Source: a virus
Virus record (IMG/VR): IMGVR_UViG_3300045256_000188
Location: 19,426-83,425 of that record
Strand: one strand, 5' to 3'
DNA length: 64,000 nucleotides
Position 1 is the first letter of the stretch; the number at the start of each line of letters is the position of its first letter. The notes under the pieces were generated by a model that did not search any database, was not told where the DNA came from, and saw nothing but the letters and a program-made list of their open reading frames with translations. A program made the position numbers and the translations under genes. Below, piece by piece: positions 19,087 to 28,500 of the stretch.

Positions 19087-19680
19087 ATGCTACGTCGCCA
19101 GGAGCGTAAGCTCAAAATCAAAGTAACCGACAGTCTCCGCATCCGCATGCTCGACGTCGCCCGGCAGTTCGACATCAACAAGGGTGGCCACTACGACGGC
19201 TCCGGCGGGATGGTCGTTAACGTCTGGTGTGCCCCAGACGACAAGCCGGTCTGCTGGGACGTGCCCATCAACCAGGGCGGACTAGACTATCCGCGGGAGT
19301 TCGTCGGCACCATCCGCTTCGAGCTACTGACAGACGACACCTACCAACTCGAACTGGAAGCGCTCCCTTACGAACTGTACCGAGAACGGGAACGGCCCCG
19401 CAAGCCCTCGGAAGCCGAACTGGGCCAGTGCCTCAACTGGATCGAGGTCAAGGCTCAGGAACTACTACGGCTGGCTGACCTGCACCCGGACATCGTGGGC
19501 CTTAAATGCCCCTTCTGCAACTACATCCACCCAACGGGCGAGCTACTCAACGACATGCTCACCCACATCCAGGATGTCCACGGTACGTCTATCCTGGGCC
19601 TGACCCTAAGTGACCCGCCCTATATCACCGTGGACGGCGGAGCCAAACACAACCTCGAACCTGCTGAGCAGTTCGTATGA
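19087..19680 (+). CDS. Hypothetical protein with C2H2-like zinc finger
   Basis: CPFC-x-H-IQDV-H near the C-terminus; typical codon usage; ATGA overlap with the next gene. Confidence 0.7.
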   Translation: MLRRQERKLKIKVTDSLRIRMLDVARQFDINKGGHYDGSGGMVVNVWCAPDDKPVCWDVPINQGGLDYPREFVGTIRFELLTDDTYQLELEALPYELYRERERPRKPSEAELGQCLNWIEVKAQELLRLADLHPDIVGLKCPFCNYIHPTGELLNDMLTHIQDVHGTSILGLTLSDPPYITVDGGAKHNLEPAEQFV

Positions 19681-20060
19681 TTCAGCGGGAGCGTGCCTGG
19701 GGATTGGACGACGGTGGCCTACTGGCGGTGCTGGCTAACGACCTGCACTTGAAAGTATCCTACGGGGTGTTCCAGTCCAAGCAGTACGTCTTGAGCCGGC
19801 TAAACTTAGCCGGCAAGATACTCTACTGCTCCTGTCGTATCAGCACAGAAGGCACCGACGTGATGTTGACCGGTTCGAACGGTCAGGAAATGGTTGTCAA
19901 CATCGCCGACCCCAACAGCATCGAGAAGTTGGAGAAAGCCATCAAGGACGACAACTTCATGCTGGTTGCCGGTCCTAAGACCGAGCAAAAAATCATCGAG
20001 ATGGAGCGAGATGTGTTCGGCCTAGAAGATTTACTCTTCAAGATGAAGAGTACGATCTAG
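19677..20060 (+). CDS. Hypothetical protein
   Basis: ATGA-coupled to the previous ORF; 127 aa. Confidence 0.65.
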   Translation: MIQRERAWGLDDGGLLAVLANDLHLKVSYGVFQSKQYVLSRLNLAGKILYCSCRISTEGTDVMLTGSNGQEMVVNIADPNSIEKLEKAIKDDNFMLVAGPKTEQKIIEMERDVFGLEDLLFKMKSTI

Positions 20061-21049
20061 GACTCGTCCTCGTTGTCGTCCGCGCTACGTCGCCATCCGG
20101 CCCGCTGCCCATCAGCACCACGGTTCAGATTCGAGTCAGTCAGTTCCATACTCCGCAATTTCGTCAACTGGATGAAGTTGGTGACCGTAGCCCGGGATAG
20201 CCCGGTGCGGTCTACCAGCTTACCAATGATCCCATCGTGCGGCCGGTCGTCGTTCTCGGCAATCCAGGCGATTGCTTCGATGATCTGCAGGTGATCGTTG
20301 TGGTACTTCCACAATTCGCGGGCTTCGTTGAGGAACCTCTCCATCACCCCCGACACCGGCCGGCTCTTGGTCCCAAGGTGGTTAACGTAAGAGCCGGAGT
20401 TCTTGCGGTCCCGGCCCTCTTTCTTGATATAGGCCAAGATTACCGTTCGGGCGATCTGGCTCCACATGTTGAAGACTTTGGATATGCCGCGGAACAGTAC
20501 CGTCTCAGAACCACCATATCTGCCCTGCTTGGGCTCGACGCCCGGTGATGCATTCAGGAGGGCTTGGCAATGTGGGCAGCGACGGCCGCGGTGGAGACTG
20601 ATAACCTCCTCAATCGTCTTGATACCATACTCCTTGTCGCCCGGTTGGTAGAGCAGGGAGTCGGAGGGGCGTTCTGGGTTGAAGCAAACCCGACAGTGTG
20701 GGCGTGCTCGATACTTGTAGAGGGTCCGCTCGATTTGAACCCAGGCAGTCTGGAGAAGGTCACCGAAAGCGGACTCTTCTTGGCCTGGGTAGATGGTGTG
20801 GAGGCCCTGCTTGCGGATTATTTGGCGGATGAGTTCGGTGGCGTGACTCATGATCTGGTCACGCAGAACTACCTTCGTGCAACCCGTCCAAATGTATAGC
20901 GTTAGCTGCCATTCGACTTCTTCATTAATGAAATACAATTTACGTTGCGGCGTCACCACCGGTGGCGGGCACGGGGGGACTTGGCTGCTTGGAGGCTGGG
21001 ACAAGCAGCTTTCGTCGGATTTTGAATCTACTTTTAACGAGTTCTGCAC
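20057..21049 (-). CDS. Late-transcription sigma factor (T4 gp55-like) with a Cys-rich insertion
   Basis: KLYFINEE; DLLQTAWVQIERTLYKY; KVFNMWSQIARTVILAYIKKE resembles region-2 motifs; C-terminal HTH (TGLSRATVTNF). Confidence 0.6.
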   Translation of the reverse strand: MQNSLKVDSKSDESCLSQPPSSQVPPCPPPVVTPQRKLYFINEEVEWQLTLYIWTGCTKVVLRDQIMSHATELIRQIIRKQGLHTIYPGQEESAFGDLLQTAWVQIERTLYKYRARPHCRVCFNPERPSDSLLYQPGDKEYGIKTIEEVISLHRGRRCPHCQALLNASPGVEPKQGRYGGSETVLFRGISKVFNMWSQIARTVILAYIKKEGRDRKNSGSYVNHLGTKSRPVSGVMERFLNEARELWKYHNDHLQIIEAIAWIAENDDRPHDGIIGKLVDRTGLSRATVTNFIQLTKLRSMELTDSNLNRGADGQRAGWRRSADDNEDES

Positions 21050-24000
21050 CGTCCACGCTCCCGCCAGGAAATACGACCTTGGTAGGGTAGCCGGCTTGGA
21101 CTATCACCTTGAGCCGGGCCTTCGAGTGATCGTATAGGTACCGGTTGCAGCGGAAGAAGAAGTCGTAAATCTTGCTTTCGCCGCGACGGTTCCGCCGAAG
21201 GGCACGGCCGATCTTTTGAATGAACTCCGATTGGAGCTTACCCCCCGACGCGATTATCAGGTTCTCGCAACCTCCCTGCAGGTCAAGACCCCGGTTAATA
21301 ATCTTCCCGCCGATAAGTACATCCAGTTCCCGCCGTTCGAACGCACGCAATGCCTCATCACGTTTACGCTGCGGCGTCTTCCCGAAGATGAACTTCACCC
21401 TGAGTCCGGTCAGATTCACAGCCTCTTCCAACTTGAAACCCAACGCCTCCCGGTCCACCAGCACTAGTGTCCCATCCATCGGGTCCCGTTTACACCGCTT
21501 GCACAACTTCGCCACGATCGTGTGGAAGCGGACACTCTCAGTAATGTGCTCGTTGTAGGCGATGTCGTAAGCCGACGCCTCGTTGATATCCCCATCCAGC
21601 CCGCAGGCCAACATGTGGTATTCGCAAGGAATGATCCGGCCCAGCTTCGTCAGGTTCTCCCGCGTCTCCTGGAAAATCACACTGCCCAAGTGCTCCTGCA
21701 CCACCATCGCCTCGACCGGCTTGGCCGGATCGAACGGAGTACCAGAGTTGTGAACCAGCACACCATCAGCATAGAAGTTTGAGGCCGGATTGACGTCCAG
21801 AACGTCATACATTCTGACCTCTTTGCCGGTATCGACGACTTCAATCACCGACGTTTTAGCTTTTCGACAGAGATAAACGGGAACACCTTTCCATGAGGAC
21901 AAGCTGTGATCGTCAAAAGAGAACGGGATAAAAGCCGCATTGGGTATCACTACGTCATCACCGTTCGATGCGACGACTGTCCTGCAGTATACCAGTGCCC
22001 GGTGGACCGCCCAACCTATCAGATCCGGACTTTTGGTAGGCATCTGTGTCCGCAGTGCATCCAGAAATTGCCACACATCGTTGAGAGAAGAAGACGGGCT
22101 ATGGAGGCCACAAAAGAAAAGATGTTGCGAGATCACGGCGTGGAAAACTGGTTTTCCGTCGCAGAGCACCAGAAAACCGCGAAGTCCACTAGGCAACGGC
22201 TGTACGGCAGTGAGTCGTTCAACAATCAAAAACGGCGTAGGGAGACCTGCCTCGGCAGATACGGCGTTGACCACCCGATGAAACTGAAGGGCATGGTCCA
22301 GAGAGTCCAAAACACTATGATGGAGCGTTACGGCTGTCCCATCATCTTCCAAGCACCCGATAAGATCCAACGACGATTGAAGATATTCAAGCAGCGTTTC
22401 GGCGGCAACCCCGTCAACGACCCTTCCGTTCGACAGAAAATTAGCCGCACTCTCGCTGAAGGATACAGCAGTGGCAGACTCAAATTCCCGACCAAATTCA
22501 AGACCGGATACTACCTCGACCGGCATGGGCGGTTGTTGTATTACGCCTCGTCTTATGAACTCCTGTTTCTCCAGTTCCTCGACGGGCACGGCATTGCGTT
22601 CACCACGCAAGAACCCAGAATCGGCTATGAATTCGAGGGGAGACGCCAATACGTGATCGATTTCTGTACCGACGAGTGCTTGATCGAGGTAGGACCGCGT
22701 AAACTCAAGGCCCGGCCACGCAATGTGGCCAAGATCCACGCCGGGGTCGCTTTTGCCCAGAAAGTCGGTAAGCGATATAAGCTTCTCGACGAGACGATCA
22801 TCTTGAGTCTGGATAATTTGACCTGGGCTGATATCTTGAACTCTGATGTAGCGTCCCAGATCGTCAGCGATAAGGTGATCACCTGACGCCCCTAGCCGCG
22901 TACCGTCGCTGAATAAGACCTCCCATAACCTCTTAAAGCCGCTGTCAACAACTGTCCCGACCCCAAAAACATCCCTACCATTCGATCGGCACAGGACGTC
23001 AACCACCTGACCGTCGCCGAACGAACTCAACTTTCTACATCCATCTTTAGTGACCACAGACACATCGCCTGGCAAGCAGAACCCATACCGCCGCCGGCCT
23101 CTGAAATAGAAGCGGAACAGGTTCTTCCACGGATCGGACACAGCCTTGTCGCAATTATGAACTAACAAGCCGTTCGCTTCAAAACAAGCTGGACCGGGGA
23201 CAGTCAAATCAATCAAGCGTGCGGGATCAGCCAACTCGACGGTTTTAACTATTTCAACCGCATAATCACAGAGACTGGTGTCCACTCGTTTAGAAGCAAG
23301 GCGATTTTGCAAATTCCGCACATAACCACGCCATAGATCATCACCTCGCTGGCGACGATCCCACGCCGTCTTGCTGTCTATGCCAGCGAACGCCGCCACT
23401 TTGGCGTCACTAACACCGAATAAATTTTTGGCAGCAGCATAATTGGCCGGTACCACCGCGATCAAATTGTCAATTGATTTTTGCCATTTAACCAACCTTA
23501 TAAGACTAATTTTGTTACGATTGCCAGGAGACACACCGGTAGTGTTGGTCCCTAGGATTCTAGCCAGTTTGACTGGGGGCAGACCAGCTTCCCGCCAGTG
23601 AGCCAACCATGGTTGCGGATCAATTCGTCGTTCACTGTCCACAACCGAAGAGAGCACGGGTTTGCTCTGTTTTCGGCTGAAACCAAAACCAACCAGTCGA
23701 TGCCACTTCCTAAAATTTTCGCCAGATACGGCAACCCGCCACAGTTTAGCGTGTTGTGCACGATCACGCTTATTACTAATGAACACACTAGAGCCAATTC
23801 CTAAATAAGCCATGAGTTTCTGAGCGAAATTCATCAATGCCCAATCGATTGAGTCACAAGTCACGGAGCTTGGATAAGACGACCCTTTTGCATCAAATAA
23901 TCCACGCAATAAGCTAGCCGCAGCGTCGGTGCTGGGAACCACAAATCGTGGATCGATCGACCCCATCTTACGTCCGGGTTTGAACCCAAGCTGTTTCAAC

Positions 24001-25289
24001 CATGCTGTTAAGGCTGACGACTTGATTATAAACACAAAATCGCCACGGCGATTGAAACCAGATTTAAATGACCCAGACCAGGCGACAGCCATCGCCACAC
24101 CAACAGCATGCCAGTCGTCAACATCTTTCCGAACTGCGAAGCGTACTCGCTCATTATCCAAAAAATGGCCATCTCCGATAAACAGACCGAGGTGGTACCA
24201 AGAGTCTATGATTGTGGTGGTAGCAATCTCCGGGCGAGGGGCCAACAGCAAGTCGCCGGGGACGAGATCGCAAGCATGACGATAGTCGCATCGGCCATTA
24301 ACTAAAACAGCACATGGATGGTTGTGCGAAGTCCGCAAAATTATACCAGTCGTGGTTGTAACGTTGACAGTAGCTTCTACCTTTTCGGACCACCCACTAA
24401 TTCGATAATACTTATCATTGACGCGAGCCATTACAACTTGACCAGTCTGCAAACGTTCTACCACCACTGCGGCTCGTTCGAGACCTCCGTCGGTGACTAT
24501 TACAGTGTCTTCGTGAACGCACTCGTCCACAATAATCATTTCGGCCTTGCGGACGTACTCGATCAGCACCTTAGCATTCTTGCGACGGGTCTTGAACGCC
24601 TTGAACTTCTTATCCCACTGTTCCATCCGTTTCTGGAACGAGATATCGCCTTCCCCCATCTTCTGGGTAGGGACCTCCGGTGGCTTGGTAGGCAATGTAA
24701 GTGACTGGATAGAACCGATGACCACCATCTGGCCATTGGGCCGCTTCCCAGCGTAGAACATGCCGACTTCTTCGGCCACATCCCGCAGTTCCAGCCGCTC
24801 CTTGAGTTGCTTTACTACAATCACTTGGTCAGCGAGGATGATCGTCGGGCAAGGAATAGCCTTGCAAGTGCCGGCGATGAGTTCGCCCTTACCGCCGCCG
24901 GTTGGTATGTCGATAATACCGCACTCGACCCTGACGGTCTTTCGGATGCAGTCGATCTGGTACTGCTCCAGCTTGATGCCGGGCAGGAAATTCTCGTCGA
25001 TGGTATCAGGATCGACTGTTTGGTAATTCCAAGCTGGGCGAAGATCGCGAACTGAGAGGGGTAGGTTGTGCTTGTTGCAAACACCACGGAGCATCGACAG
25101 GAATGGGCGGGCCATTCGCCGCCGGCCGCGATTGTACTTGCGGAACACCCCATCCCAATTCGCCATCTGGGTTGGGTCAACATAACGGCCCGGTCGACTA
25201 ACACTGAACTCTTCCCAAAGGATGTTCTCCTCGGCGTCCGTGATGTTGTCGAAGTAAATCCACTGGTTGTCGTTGAGTATGGCGATCAC
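20940..25289 (-). CDS. uvsW: SF2 DNA helicase (UvsW-like) with two inteins; about 549 aa after splicing
   Basis: PTGGGKG, IIVDE|CD, GF|SGTP, RGLDL, QKIGRALR, IYDF. Confidence 0.9.
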   Translation of the reverse strand: MIAILNDNQWIYFDNITDAEENILWEEFSVSRPGRYVDPTQMANWDGVFRKYNRGRRRMARPFLSMLRGVCNKHNLPLSVRDLRPAWNYQTVDPDTIDENFLPGIKLEQYQIDCIRKTVRVECGIIDIPTGGGKGELIAGTCKAIPCPTIILADQVIVVKQLKERLELRDVAEEVGMFYAGKRPNGQMVVIGSIQSLTLPTKPPEVPTQKMGEGDISFQKRMEQWDKKFKAFKTRRKNAKVLIEYVRKAEMIIVDECVHEDTVIVTDGGLERAAVVVERLQTGQVVMARVNDKYYRISGWSEKVEATVNVTTTTGIILRTSHNHPCAVLVNGRCDYRHACDLVPGDLLLAPRPEIATTTIIDSWYHLGLFIGDGHFLDNERVRFAVRKDVDDWHAVGVAMAVAWSGSFKSGFNRRGDFVFIIKSSALTAWLKQLGFKPGRKMGSIDPRFVVPSTDAAASLLRGLFDAKGSSYPSSVTCDSIDWALMNFAQKLMAYLGIGSSVFISNKRDRAQHAKLWRVAVSGENFRKWHRLVGFGFSRKQSKPVLSSVVDSERRIDPQPWLAHWREAGLPPVKLARILGTNTTGVSPGNRNKISLIRLVKWQKSIDNLIAVVPANYAAAKNLFGVSDAKVAAFAGIDSKTAWDRRQRGDDLWRGYVRNLQNRLASKRVDTSLCDYAVEIVKTVELADPARLIDLTVPGPACFEANGLLVHNCDKAVSDPWKNLFRFYFRGRRRYGFCLPGDVSVVTKDGCRKLSSFGDGQVVDVLCRSNGRDVFGVGTVVDSGFKRLWEVLFSDGTRLGASGDHLIADDLGRYIRVQDISPGQIIQTQDDRLVEKLISLTDFLGKSDPGVDLGHIAWPGLEFTRSYLDQALVGTEIDHVLASPLEFIADSGFLRGERNAVPVEELEKQEFIRRGVIQQPPMPVEVVSGLEFGREFESATAVSFSESAANFLSNGRVVDGVAAETLLEYLQSSLDLIGCLEDDGTAVTLHHSVLDSLDHALQFHRVVNAVSAEAGLPTPFLIVERLTAVQPLPSGLRGFLVLCDGKPVFHAVISQHLFFCGLHSPSSSLNDVWQFLDALRTQMPTKSPDLIGWAVHRALVYCRTVVASNGDDVVIPNAAFIPFSFDDHSLSSWKGVPVYLCRKAKTSVIEVVDTGKEVRMYDVLDVNPASNFYADGVLVHNSGTPFDPAKPVEAMVVQEHLGSVIFQETRENLTKLGRIIPCEYHMLACGLDGDINEASAYDIAYNEHITESVRFHTIVAKLCKRCKRDPMDGTLVLVDREALGFKLEEAVNLTGLRVKFIFGKTPQRKRDEALRAFERRELDVLIGGKIINRGLDLQGGCENLIIASGGKLQSEFIQKIGRALRRNRRGESKIYDFFFRCNRYLYDHSKARLKVIVQAGYPTKVVFPGGSVDGAELVKSRFKIRRKLLVPASKQPSPPVPATGGDAAT
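21747..23078 (-). mobile_element. Helicase intein 2 (444 aa): splicing domains flanking an antisense-derived insert
   Basis: YGF|CLPGDVSVVTKDG ... ASGDH ... MYDVLDV ... DGVLVHN|SGTP; the middle has no endonuclease motifs in this frame. Confidence 0.9.
21906..22886 (+). CDS. Homing-endonuclease-like protein (zinc ribbon, RYGV-type repeats, PD-(D/E)XK/TnsA-N-like domain), antisense within helicase intein 2
   Basis: CDDC/CPQC; TCLGRYGVDHPM and TMMERYGC repeats; SVRQKIS; YYASSYEL ... YVIDF ... LIEVGP; GAGGA RBS before GTG. Confidence 0.85.
   Translation: MIVKRERDKSRIGYHYVITVRCDDCPAVYQCPVDRPTYQIRTFGRHLCPQCIQKLPHIVERRRRAMEATKEKMLRDHGVENWFSVAEHQKTAKSTRQRLYGSESFNNQKRRRETCLGRYGVDHPMKLKGMVQRVQNTMMERYGCPIIFQAPDKIQRRLKIFKQRFGGNPVNDPSVRQKISRTLAEGYSSGRLKFPTKFKTGYYLDRHGRLLYYASSYELLFLQFLDGHGIAFTTQEPRIGYEFEGRRQYVIDFCTDECLIEVGPRKLKARPRNVAKIHAGVAFAQKVGKRYKLLDETIILSLDNLTWADILNSDVASQIVSDKVIT
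23154..24521 (-). mobile_element. Helicase intein 1 (456 aa, LAGLIDADG) inside the DExD box
   Basis: VDE|CVHEDTVIVTDGG ... LGLFIGDG ... LIDLTV ... LLVHN|C. Confidence 0.92.
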
Positions 25290-25510
25290 TCGATGACCTC
25301 TTTATCTCGCCATCCATCACAACTCGCCGCCGGTCATTACCGAATTTGACTTCTCCTTCAACCGGTAACACCGTTCTGACAAGGTATCTACTAATACCAG
25401 TGACAGATGGGATCTCTTTGATCGATTTACCTTCGGTGACCAAATCGCAAATACAACGGGAGCCTGGGATGAATACCCCCCAGGCCCCGTTGGTGCCGCA
25501 ACCACATACC

Positions 25511-28500
25511 CTACGTGGGCATGGCGCACTTGTCGTTGTCGCAGAACTGCGAACCCACCGCCTCGTACAGATACTCCGAGTAATCGGCGTTACCGAGCTT
25601 GGAGTTGTACTCCTCAACTTCCGCGGCCTCACACGGAATGTATGGGGCCTGGGCGTAGCCATGGTCTACGTGCGGCAGGAAACTGATGCCCTTGAGTTGG
25701 TCCTCAAAAGCTTCCAGCACGCGGGCAATGTCCGCGGCCTCGTGCGGCTTAAACTTCACGGTACACGACACTTGGTTATCGGCCCAATACCGCTGGTAAT
25801 CCACGGCGTTCTGCATCTGTTCCCAGATGCTAACTTCGCCGACTGGCCGGACGCCCGATTCGCCCTTGACGCCGAAGTAGACCACCACGGTCCGGTCCGG
25901 GTCAGACAGCACCGGCTCGACCTTGAAACCCGCCTCGCGGAGGATCTTGACCAGGACCGAGTCCTTGGCGACCCGCACCAACCGCCAGTAGGTGCCGGCT
26001 TCGGGATGGTGGATGCCGGGGGAGACGCCCACGACCAGACTGACGGTGTTATGGCTTTTCACCGCCCCCGCATAGTACCAGTGACTATTATCGACCTCGA
26101 CATCATATGTGCGTTGCCGTTCGCCTTGGGTTACAGCCACCACTTTGCCAAATAATCTGTTCTTCTTGCCAACTTGGTGTGTCCATGGTAAATCGGCAAC
26201 GGCGTCTTCCACACACTTATTGCAGTGTTTAGCGAACAACGCGAAGCGGTCGTCCACGGTGTGTTTCATCCCAGACAAGGACCACATTCTTCGCACGCCT
26301 TGATGATTGCGTCCCTTAGCGTTAAGCGACCTACTGAAAACAAGACCAACGGCCAACGCCACATCCTGAACGTGCCGAGCAAATAAATCCCCAGACATTG
26401 AAATGATTGGATACTGATCAGACGCCCGCCGACCAATGCAGCCATCGGAATCACACAGCCCAGCCAGGAAGGCCAAGATGTCTTCGTAGCTTGAACTGCG
26501 TATGCATTTCGGGATCAAATCAGCATTGCTCTTGATTTTCAGACAGTCGTTAATCAAGAGCCAGTGCCACAGCAACTTGGAACCAACTTCGAGAACGAAA
26601 GCATCACGACCTTGGGAAGCCCGTGTGATTTTCGTCTCGACTCCGAATTGCTCCAGAATAACCCTTTGGGCTTTGTGTAAATTAGACAGATTTTGATCGG
26701 TGTACCGCATCCTGAATTTCAGGAACGATTGTGAACCGTCGCCCCACATGTATCCGAGCAACCACGCTAGATCCGGGTTCATGTGCGTTGGTTGCTCAAT
26801 GGCTGCGACCGGACCACGCATCGACACGTGCCTAGATGATAGTTTGCAGAGGGCAGCATGGTTGCGACACGAATAAATACCAGGAGTCAGTTGCACGATG
26901 TCGCCAGGCAACAGTTCGTCGGCACGTTTCCAGTCGTTGACCTGGCTTAATTTCCGCTTCTTACCTCGGTCGTATCGTGACACTACGAACCATTGATGGT
27001 TTGGAGTCGACTCAAGCATGAAATTGTAGTTGAGTTTGACCTTCACGACATCAGATAAGCCGTTGTCATAGGTCTTGGTGATGCGATCACCGATTGCCGT
27101 GGCAACTCCAGCCATCATCGACCGACTAGAATCGATTCCATCTCCCTGAACAGCGATCACTTCTTTGGTCATATCACACCACCGTTCCCCATCCTGATGG
27201 CCAGACATCTCGAACAGCTCTTCGAGGGTCAGCAGACCGGCGGATGTTGTCGTCAGTGCATGCCAGGGCCGACAGCCGCTAGGCTTGACCGACGTGACCT
27301 TGATCGACTTCGGAACGCACATCCATTCCGAGTAGATCTGGTCCCAACGGCGGATCTCATTGTAGCCGGCATCGCAGAAGTCCTTGAGGACCGTGCGACG
27401 ACCAAACTTGGCGAACGCTTCCACGATCCCCGACTGGCTCAGGCCGATCCGCCGGTTGCGGAGGGTGACCTGATTCGTCCGGCGATTGTGGGTTGGCAGC
27501 AGGGTGACGGTCTTGGCGTACAGGTAGGCGAACTTGAGGGTCCGCATGTAGTCGTTGGCATCATCGTGGTTCGATGGGAACGTCTCCACGAGATTACATT
27601 GGTAAGTGATGACGTTCCCGAATACACCCATGTGGTTGTCCGGCTCATCAAAGCAATAAGTAGTATGCAGACCAGGAAGTTTCTCGACGGCAACCACATA
27701 CTGCTTTTGGGCGACATCGATTCCGCGATTCGAGTATCGTGGATTCGGCTTAATCCGGCTACCGATCTTAGTTGCTCGCTTCACCCTGGTTGGGATTTCT
27801 CCGCACTCGAAGCTCGGAATCTGAATGTACCAGAGGTCGTTCTGTCGCACCCCCTTGTTCGTCACTTGCCCAGCCGGGTGATAAAAATTGACGGAGGCGT
27901 GGTTGATCCCAGCCCTGCGTAGGAGTAGTTGGGCATCACGAATCTTGGCTTCCAAACCGTAGATCCGATAGCTGTGAGTATTAGCCTGCTTACACACGCA
28001 ACCGTCCGACTCGATCCAACCGGCGATGAACTCCAAGATGCTCTCACGATCGAAAGCCATCACCCACGCCGGTAAGCCGGCGTTCTTGTCGCGAAGTTCT
28101 CTGAGCTGATCGGAAGTCATACAGTCTCGAAGATTGATGCGATTATACGGGTCGCCGTAACCATCCTTATTCTGTGGTTTGTACCAACGACCTCCCATGT
28201 CCAGCGTCTTGAGTTTGGCCTTTTGGCCACAGGCGACGGCCATGGGGCGGGTATAGCGTGGCCGATTCACGAGATCACCATCGCCAGTAGCATAGCCCAT
28301 TTCAAAAGCGTTAGAGACTTTGTTACCAGCGACCCGGCCCAGAGAGAAACCCAGCACGCGGTCTCCAGGCTGTAATTGTAGGGTTCCAACACGTCGATAG
28401 ACCCGTTTTCCAACAGGCCGCACCGACCATCCGTGATTGCCGGTAGCATCCAGATAAGAACCGTCGGAGAAGTGAACTCGATATAGTTCGCGGTCGCTCC

